A stretch of DNA of 64,000 nucleotides from Eledone cirrhosa (GCA_964016885.1 OZ024740.1:111972001-112036000); one strand, 5' to 3'. Shown: positions 1-14,577, numbered from the stretch's first letter. The notes: generated from the sequence alone by a model not told the origin. A program made the numbers and translations.

Positions 1-860
1 GCGCACTAACACTGCCAGCCATCACCAAAGCACGCTGCCTGCACGTATAGGTCGCAGTCCCCAAATCTGCCAACATTCCCAACGTGAGAGGCTATGTCTG
101 CTGACTGACTGTCCCTTCACTCATCTCCTGGGACACAACACACGAACAGAAAAAGGGGCTTTATGCCAACCCACAAACCACAATAAAGTCACCCCCTGCT
201 GCGGTAATGCTGCTCTAGTCTCCTCACAAAGACATGACTACAACAACAAAAACAACAAAAGTAATGCTGCTCCAGTCTTGTCACAAAGACACGATCACAA
301 CAACAACAAATACAACAACAACAAAAATAAAGCTGCTCCAGTCTTTTCACAAAGACACAATTACAACAAATACAACAACAACAACAACAACAAAAGAGGG
401 AACTGCAACTCTATCCAATGTTGTAACCACAAATCCAATCAAAAACTGCTCCCTGAACAAAAAAACAAAAGAGATAGAGAAAAACATTTTAGCCATCACC
501 CAACACCATCCTTGCTGTCACTAACACACAATCACAAAACAAACCCCCTGCAACAGTCAAAGGCACCCACCACACTAGCCTCCACATTCTTACTCAATAC
601 ACAAGGTATCAGCCCTTTCATCAATGCACAGAAATGGAAGATCCAATTCATTGAGGATTGGGTTGGTAACCATCCATTTCACATCCCCTTCTTCATTCTT
701 ACTGAGACCCACCTTGACAACTCCCACTTGGAGGCCGAAGTAAGAGTGAGAAATTTCACAACCATCCGTGCGGATCGTATTGGAAGGTGGGAACTGCCAT
801 TTTCCTGCATGATTCCTTTACGGCAGATGGCAACACAACATTCTCTAATGGATACTGTGA
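1..860 (+). mobile_element. Decayed LINE 5' fragment: Cys/His-rich ORF1-like remnant plus the N-terminus of an APE endonuclease
   Basis: ORF 278-991 contains LLNTQG...ILTETHL...IRADRIGR, followed after a frameshift by GTAIFLHDS. These match APE N-terminal motifs (NxxG, xETxL, RxDR..GG). PQICQHSQRERLCLLTDCPFTH near 60-125 resembles a CCCH finger. Confidence 0.6.
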
Positions 861-1775
861 ACAAATGCACCGACGCTAGAGACCGAGACACACACACCAC
901 ACATTTCCTGGAAGTACTTAAACTGAACGGATACACGACATCCACCGCAAACCGTGCCAGAAAGAACAGAGGACACCACCCGAGGCACTAACACTTGCTT
1001 CCTGAAGCTCCCACACTTCAGTGACGAAACAACAACAGCCATCCGCAGAGCTATCAAACGAGAGGGACTCGATATCCAACTGGCCCACTCAGGTCCTTCT
1101 CTACGCGGAATGCTAACCAAAAGACACTCCACCAGACATGACAACCGCTGCAGGCTAGCCAACTGCCCCATCAACGACACAGACCTATGCCACCAGGCTT
1201 ACGTCGTATACAGACTATAGTGCGTCAAATGCAGCAACTTTACGTAGGTAGCACCACCAGACCACTTCACATAAGAATAAAAGAACACCTCAATACTAAC
1301 GCTTCCTCATTTAAGAAACACCTAGTTAAATGCAAAAACACCGACAAAACATAACAGTTAGGATAGAAACTAAGGAAAGAAACCTCGGCAATCTTAGAAT
1401 TAAGGAAGCACTAATTATAGACAAAACACAACCACCAATCAATAATAGACTAGAACCCAACACCCAATTTATAACTTGATAGAGCATCTAGCTCCGTATT
1501 TACACCCCCTTCCCCCACACACACACGCGCACGCACGCACACACGCACACACACGCTTACACCTTCACTTATTCTCTCTCTCACACACACATACAAAGAC
1601 CAGTTCTAACACGAGAGAACATCTATCCAACACATTTACGTATCGACATATCTTCTCACACTCACACACACACACACACATACTTGTCTGACGAACGAAT
1701 GAGGACGTTTCTTGTATTCGTCTTATTCGGGAAACCTCTGGTAATGAGGTAATTATATTGTATTGTTTATTATAC

Positions 1776-1790
<15 letters not shown>
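860..1790 (+). mobile_element. 5'-truncated Penelope-like element (RT thumb/linker + GIY-YIG endonuclease + 3' pseudo-LTR), decayed
   Basis: Across frameshifts it reads LKLNGY...FLKLPHFS...CRLANCP...LCHQAYVVYRL*CVKC..FYVGSTTRPLHIRIKEH (GIY-YIG with Cys linker). It ends in a hammerhead motif and then (TA)n. Confidence 0.85.
1685..1754 (+). ncRNA. Type I hammerhead ribozyme motif in PLE 3' pseudo-LTR
   Basis: CTGACGA (1688-1694); stem II CGAATGAGGACG/CGTCTTATTCG; GAAA (1731); stem III CCTC/GAGG; GUA triplet. Stem I is weak. Confidence 0.7.
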
Positions 1791-1832
<42 letters not shown>

Positions 1833-1875
1833 TCAATACTTAGGGTAGTAGAGTGAGAAATAGGAATAAGTATGA

Positions 1876-1969
1876 CCCCGACGGCAGAGCTCTAGCCGTT
1901 TCGACGGCTATTTCTGGACTAAATTAGAATTTTTAGCCTGGTGAATAAATAGCCGAACTTGTCAAGGGG
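1876..1969 (-). ncRNA. Type I hammerhead with U3-A8 core (UUGACAA)
   Basis: Minus strand: CCCC-TTGACAA-G..CGGCTATTT(loop)AAATAGCCG.C-GAAA-CGGC..GCCG-TC-GGGG. Confidence 0.75.
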
Positions 1970-2166
1970 GTTGACCTTATATGGGAAGATTGTAGTTGTC
2001 AAGGGGATTGGTTAAAATTTATTGTAAACACAAATAAGTCTATCATGGCATTTGGTGGGATGTAGGAGTGGCTGAACTTGCCTGTAGAACAATAGGGGAG
2101 TGAGTGGAGCGGTCAAGCGTTGAAAGTGATATGTATACAGCAGATTCTAAGGATAGAAGGTCCCAG

Positions 2167-4060
2167 TTATCCTTGAGGTCCCAGATGTGGCCCGAAAGTG
2201 TGGTGGCGTGACGCCGGGCCGGGTTTCGGAAGGTATGTCTGTTTTGGTATAGCCGGGTCTTGAAGTCACATGCGGTTAATCCGATATAAGCTTTGTTGGA
2301 GGTGTCCGTCCTCACGTTGCACTGGTAGATCACATTACGATCTCTGCATCTGTTGTCGAGGGGGAAAATGAATCCATCAGGACAGTTGCACCTCCTGGTC
2401 GGCTCTCCACTGCTATTTAGGTTATTTCTTCCATAGGGGTTGAGTTTTTCGTTGTTAGAGGAGACGATGTTTTGTGCGAAGTTTGGTGTGGTGCTGTACG
2501 AGAGTTTGGTGGTGTTTTTGTTAATTATGTTGTGGTAGCGGTGTTGTAGTGGGAAGTGTTTTTCGATGAGCCTAAAGAAGATTTTCCCGATAGGAGTTGT
2601 CACCTCGGCGTTGTGGGGAGGATTGACCATGTTACATTGCGTGAGCGGCGGTGTCGCCTGCTGGTTCCGCTAATGGAAGCTGGACAGAAGGATATTTCCT
2701 CCCGGAAACCACTCCACTTGAGGGCCTGGTTGTAATAAGGCGCATGTTCCTCGAATATCTGCTCATTAGCGGACAAACGAGATATGCGGAGGGAGATGTT
2801 TTTAACCAGGTTATTGGTGATGTTCCTAGGATGGTTTGACCGGCGGTGGATGTAGTGCAGGTTGTCGTTGGGTTTCCTGTATGGGTAGTACAGATCATTA
2901 TCGAGGTCAAGGGTAACGTCCAGGAAGTTTACTCGGGTCAGGGACGTTTGCAGAGTTATTTTAAATCCCCAGTCGCGGAAGAAGCTGATTAATTGTTTAC
3001 GGACCCGGTCTGTACTACTGGGGTTGTACCCTTTAAGGGTAAGGAGTCCATCATCACGGTACAATCCACCGCCGAATGCAGGAAACATATCGGTAAGTGT
3101 AACTAGTAGGAATAATCCTATAAATTCTGTGACCTCAGCCGAATCCGTCGCGCCCATGCTGACGTCGAAGGGTGAGTCGGGAGCTCTCTTTATCCATTTG
3201 GAGTTGTCGAAGAGTAGGACTGTCTTCCTGGCGTGGAGGATGATGTTTCTTTCCTGGTCGGTGATGGGCGCAAGTGTTTCGGCAAAGTCCAAGACAGCCG
3301 TAAGTAGCGGTAAGGTAATTGAAGCATAGTAACTCTCTATGTCAAACTGGATGAATTTTGTGTCTCGTTTGTCCTCCATATTGCTGAACCATGAGATTAC
3401 TTCCTGGGTGTTAACCCATAGGCTAAGTCTGGCGTGTTGCTTAACTTTTGGTATAACGCGGTATAGGATTTTTTTGCTGATTCTTCCTATGTCGGACTTC
3501 GTTGGGTTTATAAGTCTGATAGAAGGTTTACGGTCGAAATCGGATTTGTGGTCCTTCAGTGTGAAGTAGGGTATCCGTGGGTCTAGGGGTTCCGTGCGGT
3601 CGGCGACCCCGAGGCTGGAGGTAATTTGTTGTCCATCTCGATTTATGTCCTCGATGCAGGAGTGGTTAGCCTTTTTATAGGTGGAGTTTAGGCTGCTCCT
3701 GATCAGTGTGTGGTATCTGTCGGGGTTGACGAAGTAGAGGTTACCAGTTTTATCCGAGTGCACCATGATGTCATTGGTGTTATCATACTCTGTTAAGTTG
3801 CTACGGAGTTTTTGTAGGAATCGGTTGTGTCTGGGTTTGAATTTAATGTTCTTGACCAGTTGGAAAAGGTCATTATCGAAGGGTGAGAGCATAGTGTTCG
3901 GAGGGGGAGATTTGTAGGTATTAAATCCGAATCTCTCCTTGGTACCGAAGTCCTGATTGTCGCAATATCTGTCTTAGAAAAAAGTTCTCCATCTAAGTCT
4001 TTTCGCAAAGAGGTCGATTTTTTGCGTGAGCATCCGAAGGCAATTTATGCTCGGAGGAAA
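2167..4060 (-). pseudogene. PLE reverse transcriptase-GIY-YIG polyprotein, disrupted
   Basis: KRLRWRTFF*...FGFNT..PP, HSDKTG, TLKDHK, RLINP, QFDIESYY, VSMGA, YRDDGL, VNFLDVTL, PYRKPN. Frameshift at W/NPP (~2630), then KHFP..H..NKNTTKLSYS, CNC, VIYQC..AYIGLT..FKTR. In-frame TAA at 3974-3976. The EN C-terminus is missing after HIWDLKDN. Confidence 0.9.
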
Positions 4061-5124
4061 TTTTACAAATGCTGTTTTCGACGGACCAACTCCTAAACAA
4101 GAAAGACGAACTGGTAGCTGCATGCAAACACAGATTGCGTAGGACTTACCTCGCCCTCAAACCCCATAATGACCCGGGGGGGGGATAGACAAGGGCTGTA
4201 ACACCCCACTTGCCGACTTTGTAATGGGTAACCCCTGCTTGCAAAGGTAGACGTAAGATCTTTTATATCTTTTTATCGCTTCCTCTATATTTCCTTCTTC
4301 CCCCATCCCTTCCTAGTCCTTCCATGCCAGTCCTCTTTCTTTGTCGTCGTCCTTTTCACTTTCTCGCCCACCCGAGGCAGCCCCTCGGTCCTTTGTAGCC
4401 TCAGTACCCCCACCCCTTTCCCCTATTCTATGATACAATTGGCCGACTCCGCTTTTTATAGCAGATGTGATAGACCCCGGGTACTTGCTTTCTTATCCGA
4501 TGGCTGCCCCTTTTCCGTGCTTTCTACATTTCTTAGTGGTATCTTTGCTTTAATTTCTCGTATATCAGTATTTTTTTTTTGGGGGGGGGGGGGTCTGAAT
4601 TAATTTTCCGTATCAAATTTTTCATATACTTCGTACGAGCATTTATGTAGTTTGCACTAGAATTTTTGTATCGTAGCGGCACTCTTAGAGATAGTATTAG
4701 TATTCTTTTTCGGGATTCTGAATTATTATTTCGTATTAGTTTATTTTTTGCACTGAGTGGTTGCTGGCCTTGTGCCTAGGGTAGAAACAATTATTTCGTA
4801 TTAGTCTCGGGACTCTGAATTATTATTTCGTGGTAGTTTCTTTAGTATTTTGGCCCCCCACTTGTTGACCCGTCACCGTAAGATATACTCGGTTGATTAC
4901 TACTACCTCTTACAAGGGTCTCATTATAATTCCGTCCCACCTAGTAAACCTTTCTTTAGTCTAGCAGTACCAGTGAGAGACTTGATGGCTGTCGTTAGGG
5001 AATAGTAACCAGAAATTGTTTTTTTTATATTTAATTGTTTTTTTAACATTCTCGGTATTCTTCTATATATTTAACCCATATTGTTTGACTTATTGTTTCG
5101 ACTCCCCCCCCCCCCTCCCTAGTA

Positions 5125-5510
5125 TACTTCCTTGACCTACTGCCCTGCTGTAGTTGGCACTATCAACGCACGACTGGGTTTCCTCCACTCCCTCTCCCTC
5201 TTTCTTCTACTGGCAGGTTCAGCTACCCCTTCCTTCCACAAATTGCCATGATAGAATTATAGTGTCTCAACAACAAACTTTTGACCAATCCTTGTGACAA
5301 CCACTTTTACCATATATGGAATTACCCCCTGAGAAGCTCGGCTATTCATATAACAGGATAAAAATTTTCATTTAGTCCAGAATTAGCCGTCGAAATGGCT
5401 TGAGCTCAGCCGTCGGGGTCCTACTCGTTCCTATTACCCACTCTACTACCCTAAGTATTGAGTACTTTGGTGCGTTATGGTCCACCTGGTTCCCTACCAC
5501 ATTTCCTTCG
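5125..5510 (+). mobile_element. Inverted, diverged copy of the PLE pseudo-LTR/3' UTR with extra tail and degenerate hammerhead (5325-5418)
   Basis: Aligns by eye to the reverse complement of 1831-2160 (e.g. CACTCTACTACCCTAAGTATTGAGT). Core reads CTGAGAA...GAAATGGCT..AGCCGTCGGGG. Ends at (TA)n(TG)n. Confidence 0.8.
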
Positions 5511-5643
<133 letters not shown>

Positions 5644-6033
5644 ACGGAGCCTGGCCGAAGTGTTAAGAAATTCGCTTCACAACCATTATGCTCCGGTTTC
5701 GATCCCACTGCTTCTTTAACATGTGTTAGTCACCCAAGTCTCGAATCGGTCCAATCTTTGTAATTGAAATTTTGTAGACAGAAACTGTTTAGAAGCCTGT
5801 CGGATGGACTGTACCTGAAATACAAAGATTCATATCTGTCACACATTGTCATGGTGAATCTCTCCTGAGAATTAAGTGCGGGGTACACGTATCTATGGAA
5901 TGTTTTTTTAGCTGACTGTATTGTTGATCCAACAACTGGAACACTTATCGTCAAAATCTAGGGAGATCCAGTTCTCTCTTTCCCTCTCTTTCTCTCCCTC
6001 CTTCCTGGTGGGATGGAATCATTTGAATACTCC

Positions 6034-6099
<66 letters not shown>

Positions 6100-6104
6100 C
6101 ACAT

Positions 6105-6182
<78 letters not shown>

Positions 6183-6502
6183 GCCTCGATAGTTGCAAAT
6201 AATATTGCAGTATTTGAAACACCAGTATTCGAACATGTAAATATACTTTCGATTGCTGTGAAGACTTCGATACATTTTTTGAACTAGCTAAGAGAAGAAA
6301 AAAAGCAGCTGAAAGCGATATAAATATAAACGGAATCAACTGAAATTAAGCCAGTTTTATGTTTTACAAGTTTATTTTCTTCTATTACCATTTACAAAAA
6401 AAAAAAAATTAAATATTTTAAATTCTTTATAACTTATAAAAGTAGTGTGTTTCTTTTTTTTTTCGTTTTTCTTCACTTTGTTCTTTAGCTTATGGCTTTG
6501 TC

Positions 6503-6595
6503 TCACATACATTAACATATAGCTGTGTCTTACATACATTAACATATAGCTGTGTCTTACATACATTAACATATAGCTGTGTCTTACATACATTA
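6503..6595. repeat. 27-bp tandem repeat, about 3.5 copies
   Basis: TCTTACATACATTAACATATAGCTGTG repeated. Confidence 0.85.
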
Positions 6596-6698
6596 GCCTA
6601 TAATTTTGTGTTAGACATTGTTCTCTCTACATTCCGGTCTACACCTGTTATCATATTCTTTTCGTTTTCGAAATTTCTAATACATATATTTATATATA

Positions 6699-7100
<402 letters not shown>

Positions 7101-7237
7101 TATATTTATACATATATTTATTTATTTATACACGAGGGACTGAAAAGTTCATGGGCTGACCAAGACACTCTCATGGAATGACCAAATGATGTTTATTTTT
7201 CAACATAGTCCCTGGAAATAAAAAAACAATGCAGTTA

Positions 7238-7425
7238 TTAATAAGAGTTTCTACTTTTGGCACAAGGCCACCGATTACCCCAGTGCACCACTGGTACTTT
7301 ATTTTATCGACCTCGTAAGGATGAAAGGCAAAGTTAACCTCGGCGGATTTGAACTCAGAACGCAAATGGCCATAACTATGTTGCAAAACATGGTGTCTGA
7401 CGCTCTACCGATACTGCCAAACCAC
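7238..7425 (-). mobile_element. tRNA-derived SINE, family A (Meta-domain-like core)
   Basis: A box TGGCAGTATCGG, B box GAGTTCAAATCC, core GCCTTTCATCCTTACG.GGTCGATAAAATAAAGTACCAG. TSD-like TAATAAGAGTT. Confidence 0.85.
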
Positions 7426-7515
7426 TTAATAAGAGTTGAAATTAATGCACGCAAGATTTCACAGCACTATCATCAGTTCTTCATAGTCAGCCTACAAACT
7501 TTTCAGCCGATCTTC

Positions 7516-7549
<34 letters not shown>

Positions 7550-8459
7550 TCGTATCTATGCTTACGTTCGCGTCTGTGTTTATGTCCCGTAAATTACCTG
7601 TTCGAGAAAGACGAGATCGATAAAAAAATAAGTAGTGGTGACGATCGGCTAAATTATGCGGTGCCTTAATATGATCATAATTAAATTACTGAAATAGAAA
7701 TAATATTACGAAATGAATATTTGTTTCACTTATTCTCATTCCTTCTCCTTGTACATCGAACTATGTCTACCTGGTAATGTTCTCTCTTTATTTGGGTGTG
7801 TATTCATTATCATCTACTTTCGATTTTTCCAAATTCTAAAAGCAGCATTAAGTTCATTAAGTTGAAACTTTCCTTCGTTTGTGTCTAAAGCAGTTGTTTT
7901 CAGAGACTAAGGTCATATTTCTCCCCTTGCGATCCCATGTTTCCTCAATTCCTCTCACATTTTCACTAGTCATCTAGTAAGCTTTTCACTATTATACTTT
8001 TAGTGTTAATTATTAAAATAATTTATTTAAGCAAATTAAATTGTTTTCTTGTATATGTGTGTGTGCATTGAACTTAATTCCCGATCGGTCTTATAGTTAT
8101 TAATATTTCATTTGATATAGACACAATATACAATATTCTTTTCACCATTTTGGATTCTCTTACTCTGACTAATATTCCTCTCCAGTTTTTCTTCGTATTT
8201 TGGAATTACTGCTCTAAATGTCATTTATTCCGTCTTGGCCGTTATCTCATCGCTACACAATGTTGTTTTAAATTTAAAAGGTCTTCATCATTGAAGTCGA
8301 TATTAGCCATGTCAGAAAATGATCTAACATTACCATCATCTATTCTAAACATTCCTAAATGTAAACCAAATTAAATGACATACGATCGACTAAACCCAAA
8401 TCTGTAAAGATCATGCCCCAGCATCTAATATCTAAAGTTTGTATCAAGACAAAAGTCTC

Positions 8460-8712
8460 GTCAGGCCGGTGCTTATCCCGGTTTCGAGAAGTGAAGTGAC
8501 TGAGAGTACAAGACTTCCCTCTGGACAGGATACCACTCCATCGCAGGTTTAAACCCCTCGCTATTGCTTGTACTCATTTTCAGCTGAGTATACTGGAGCA
8601 ACGGGAAATGAAATACTTTGCTCAAGAACACAACACACAACCCAGTCTAGGAATCGAACCCTGACATTATGATCGTAAGTCCAACACTCTTACTATAAGG
8701 CCACACTCCTCT
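8460..8712 (-). mobile_element. tRNA-derived SINE, family B (similar copies ~18990-19130 +, ~37040-37230 +, ~45540-45790 -)
   Basis: On the minus strand: B box GGTTCGATTCC, then TGTGTTCTTGAGCAAAG..TTTCATTTC..GTTGCTCCAGT..ACTCAGCTG, shared with the other copies. Confidence 0.65.
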
Positions 8713-9293
8713 ACATGTCCCAGCATGGTTGTAGTCAAATAAGGGAAACCAATAAAAGAATAAGTCCATGACTATTTTCTTGGCATTTGAGTCTGATGTA
8801 AGTGAGGTTATCTACAAACCAGAGGCTTGTGCGAATATTTGCAAGAAAGTACAATCTTCTAAATGCACCCACGTTCTATATGATTATGTCAGCAACTGAT
8901 TATGTCTTCCAGAAACTACTCTTACTCACTAATACTTTAAAAAGACCTTGTGCACACACTGTTAAAAGATAATCAATATATGTCTTATTCACTTGTTTAT
9001 GTTGACTATCATTCAAAGGTTCTTTAACCGTGAGTTAAAGTCAGGGACGCTTGCCTCTTTCTCCCAAAAGTAAAAAGAAAACGAAGGCCAAAGTAAAAAT
9101 AAATCATGCAAGTATAAACAAATTTAGTAGAAAAACATATTGGACAGGAAAGTTCAAGTGAAGGGCTCTGTCTGTTTGATATCTGCGATTCAATGTAAAG
9201 ACCTTGTTTGTCTTTTTTAGGGACGAAGTCTTCGTTTATATTTGACAATTTTAAAATAGGACAAATAAATAGCATACATATATGTATGTATAC

Positions 9294-9403
<110 letters not shown>

Positions 9404-9499
9404 GTATATATCTATATATCTATATGTATATATGTATATGTATATATGTATATGTATATGTATATATATCTATATATCTATATGTATATATGTATATAG

Positions 9500-9530
<31 letters not shown>

Positions 9531-9532
9531 AT

Positions 9533-9571
<39 letters not shown>

Positions 9572-9589
9572 ATATATATATACACACAC

Positions 9590-9629
<40 letters not shown>

Positions 9630-9649
9630 GTGTGTGTATATATATATAT

Positions 9650-9680
<31 letters not shown>

Positions 9681-9809
9681 ATTATATATATATGTATATA
9701 TATATATATATATACCTATATACATATATACATATAGATATATAGATATATACATATACATATACATATATACATATACATATATACATATAGATATATA
9801 TATATATAC

Positions 9810-9899
<90 letters not shown>

Positions 9900-9923
9900 A
9901 TTATTTTATACACACACACACAC

Positions 9924-9959
<36 letters not shown>

Positions 9960-10617
9960 GTGCGTGTGTGTGTGAGAGAGAGTGCGTGAGTCTATGTGTG
10001 TGTGTGAGTGTGTGTGTACAAAGAGAAAACCAGAGACAGGTAGACATATTTGCAAAGTGTGTCTGTTGGACAGGATAGGGAAAAAATAAAGCGACAGGCA
10101 CCAGAGATAAACGGTCGAAACGTGGAAGGGGTTGATGGGGGAGACAAACAAAGAGTGGCTGTAATGCTTTAGTGGGGCCCCATTTGCTCACGATACAGAG
10201 AAATGGGGAAGGCGAGAGAGATGGAGGCGATGACAGTGGGAGTCCGACTCTTCCACGGTCGGACCATATCCTTGTGCTTGTGTTTAATGTAATTATGTAT
10301 TACATACGTGGGTAATTTCCCACTTATACTCCCCTTTTAATGTGTGTCACCTCCACTATTTAGACCAATAATAAATATATAATTTAATACAACTTTAGTT
10401 AGAGAACAATCTAGAAGCTGGTACATTATCGAAACTATTCTAATTCATAAGATATTGTGGTTGTTTTTATTGTTTATATTTATTTTCTTTGTTGTGACTG
10501 TTTTCTTTGTTGTGATTCTTATAGTTCTTGCAACACTTGTGATTATTTCTGTCTGTTGGTCTATCTATATTGATTGTACACACGTGAGCGCGCACACACA
10601 CACTCACACACATACAC

Positions 10618-10696
<79 letters not shown>

Positions 10697-11090
10697 GTGG
10701 CTGCCAACTCGTTTTCGAGTACGGCCACTACTTTATATCCGATACGCTGAACAAGTGTGACTTTTTAGTCCAGCCAGCGACTTGAAAACTCTTGTACAAA
10801 CACTATACTTGTGACAATGATTGACACATAGTGCTGGGCCCATGGTACCATGTGACGACAAGTGCAGAGAGATCTCCAGATATAAAGCAATGCCTGTGCC
10901 GTGAAGCTTTTCTAGTGAGCAAAGGCACTGCACAAAGCCAGTCCCACTCTCTTAACCAAGATAATATTTACCAAAAAGAAGTACAAGTCAACATCATTGG
11001 ATACCGGTGTTATATCAGAGTTTTCCTTCTCCTAGAATTCTGCCTTGACAAAGGCTAAGGGGTCATCTCTCCCGGTGATTTTGGGATACG

Positions 11091-11980
<890 letters not shown>

Positions 11981-12152
11981 GAACGATGGAAATAATGTTG
12001 AAGAAAGGATACTCAGTTGAACAACGTGAGAGTTTAAAGCAAGTTAGCAAAAAGTGAAAGGAGAAAAACATGGTTTAAAGCATATATGCACAAAGACGCA
12101 AAGAATGGGTACAAAAGAATATTTATGCGTTTATGAAATGTAAAAGAAAGGA

Positions 12153-12185
12153 ACTGACGTTTCGGGTTAAAACCTTTATCGAAGT
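12153..12185 (-). ncRNA. Degenerate minimal hammerhead (pLTR remnant)
   Basis: Minus strand: ACT-TCGATAA-AGGTTTTAACCC-GAAAC-GTC-AGT. Confidence 0.5.
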
Positions 12186-12519
12186 AGTATAGAGGAAGAA
12201 ATGGATGAAAATTAAAATAAGAAAAGTGCTAAAAAGATACCAAGTTCAAGAACCAAATGTGTCTTCTGTGGCTACATGCTGTGAAACGCTCTACGTAGCT
12301 ATTCAGAGAACAATCTACCTGAACTACAAAAGTTTAACTCTAACCCGATAAGCAGGTCATGTCATTATACAGCATGTACTACGGGTACTGCGATGGACTA
12401 CACTCTAAGGTAACACCTATTTATCGTTGTTGTGGCATATGTAGGGTTACTGTTTTTAGTCGCTTTTCTTAGTGTCACACTTTTTTAACTTTATGTTTCC
12501 TCTGGACGAAAATGTATTA

Positions 12520-12890
12520 ACTTATCGCACCAATGAGTGCTTTGTGACTGCCTCAAACAATTCGATTAGTATCTGCTATATTAATGGTTACAACTTCGAT
12601 GTATACCTAATAAAGAGGAAGGAAAAAATTAACCGATACCAGGATTTAAAGGGGGTATTAAAAAGGATTTGTGACTGTCATGAGATCAATGTCCTCCCGA
12701 TTGATATAGGAGGACTAGGCCCCCTTTTTGGGAACACCTCAAAAGGTATGCTTGGTGGGAACAGCAAGAACCCTCCGATACGTCCTGAATATCTGAGGCT
12801 GCAGGTAGTGGCTTGATATTCATTTCAACAAACTTTCCAATTAAATAACATCAATGACTAAGACTCAAAGAATAATAATAATAATAATAT
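12520..12890 (+). mobile_element. 3' remnant of an RLE-type non-LTR retrotransposon (R4/Dong/NeSL-like)
   Basis: KRKEKINRYQDLK..LKRI...NVLPIDIGGLG resembles the KExEKxxKYxDL...PxxxGALG C-terminus. Followed by a (TAA)n tail. Confidence 0.6.
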
Positions 12891-13014
12891 ATACACACAC
12901 ATATATATATATATATTATAAAGAAAACGAAAAATCAGTGATGCATCTGGACTTAGTTTATTTCGTGTTACAAATGTTTCGCCGGCATGTAGCTCGAGAT
13001 AGCTACCACTATAC

Positions 13015-13103
<89 letters not shown>

Positions 13104-13216
13104 TATCTGTGTGAGTATGTGTGTGTGTGTAGCCATATGTAGTTGACGGCCGAGATAAAACAGTACTCAATACCGAAGTAGAGTTTAAATATTCTTTTTA
13201 GTAAGCTAAATAATGA

Positions 13217-13266
13217 GTCTTGTTACTCTGCAGTTTCGCCTGCTTCTCACAGTGTCACCAGAAGAC
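13217..13266 (-). ncRNA. Degenerate hammerhead in a solo pLTR (element ~13140-13320)
   Basis: Minus strand: GTCTT-CTGGTGA-..CTG/CAG..-GAAACTGCAGAGTA-AC-AAGAC. Nearby GTACTCAATAC..GTAGAGT resembles the pLTR end at 1831. Confidence 0.5.
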
Positions 13267-13383
13267 ACATGAGAAGACACCAGAATAACAAAATTCACTA
13301 TTTCGTCTTAATAAAATGAATATATATATATATCAAATAAAGCAACGGAGTAAAGGACTCACGTTGTTCCCTGTAATATGTAT

Positions 13384-13425
<42 letters not shown>

Positions 13426-14137
13426 CTTATGCTAGAACACCGACTATTGGAGAGATTTAAGGTGAATTCACTGCAGATGTTAGGTTTCGCTGTGGAAAAA
13501 AATAATGGATTGTAAACAATTTCTACAATTTCTCTTTTCACAGAAAAAGTTATTAAAGATTGCCTTCATGTGTTTCGGAGATTTTCTTCTCAAAATAACT
13601 ACCACTATTCTATATAATTGGTCATATAACGGTCAGCCTAATTTGTATAACGTGCATACGTTTAGCTATGTAATTGATTAAATAATAATTATTTATAATA
13701 GAACACAGCGTAGATTCCAAGTAAATCTAATGTAGATATAATTGCAGATTCTTAATGAAAAACCTTCAATGTGACAAGAATGTGGAGTAAAAACTTTCAA
13801 CTATTCCCCTCTACACAGAAAAACATAAAAGATTATCTGCTTCCAGTTCTGATTTTTTTCTCATTAGCTATTTTTACTCATCATAAGCTAACTATCCATT
13901 TGATTCTGTATACATCATTGCTGTATACATCATTGCTTCACTCCCTGTCACTGGAACCAGGAAGAAGAAATCGCTAAAAAACATCAATTCACTCTAATGA
14001 CTGAAACAAGTAAAATAATTTTTTTCAATGTATATAACATATACATAAATACATATATACATACACACACATAGATACATACATATATAGATATCTACAC
14101 ACAAACACACACACACATATTTATTATTATATATATG

Positions 14138-14263
<126 letters not shown>

Positions 14264-14377
14264 TACATACATATATACATACATAACCATTCAGTTATGT
14301 TTTCATTCACACATATTTACATACACACGATCCAATGCATACACAACCATACACACACACATCCACCCCACCCCGCA

Positions 14378-14417
<40 letters not shown>

Positions 14418-14504
14418 TACACAATCACGCATGCATACATACAAACAGACAAACAGACATATATATACATACGTACATAAAGACTGATCTATAGTTATAC
14501 GGAT

Positions 14505-14577
<73 letters not shown>

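Larger units (their letters stand above)
1831..4260 (-). mobile_element. Near full-length Penelope-like element with Hydra-clade-like motifs, abutting (TA)n
   Basis: RT ORF 2600-3892 and EN ORF 2043-2630 are joined by a frameshift. The 3' pseudo-LTR (~1831-2160) carries a hammerhead and ends at (TA)n. The 5' boundary is uncertain. Confidence 0.9.

Noticed and set aside
954-4060. Selenocysteine (UGA) read-through in PLE ORFs, as reported for some Naiad elements
   Set aside because: The in-frame stops I checked are TAG (1218-1220) and TAA (3974-3976), accompanied by frameshifts, i.e. decay.
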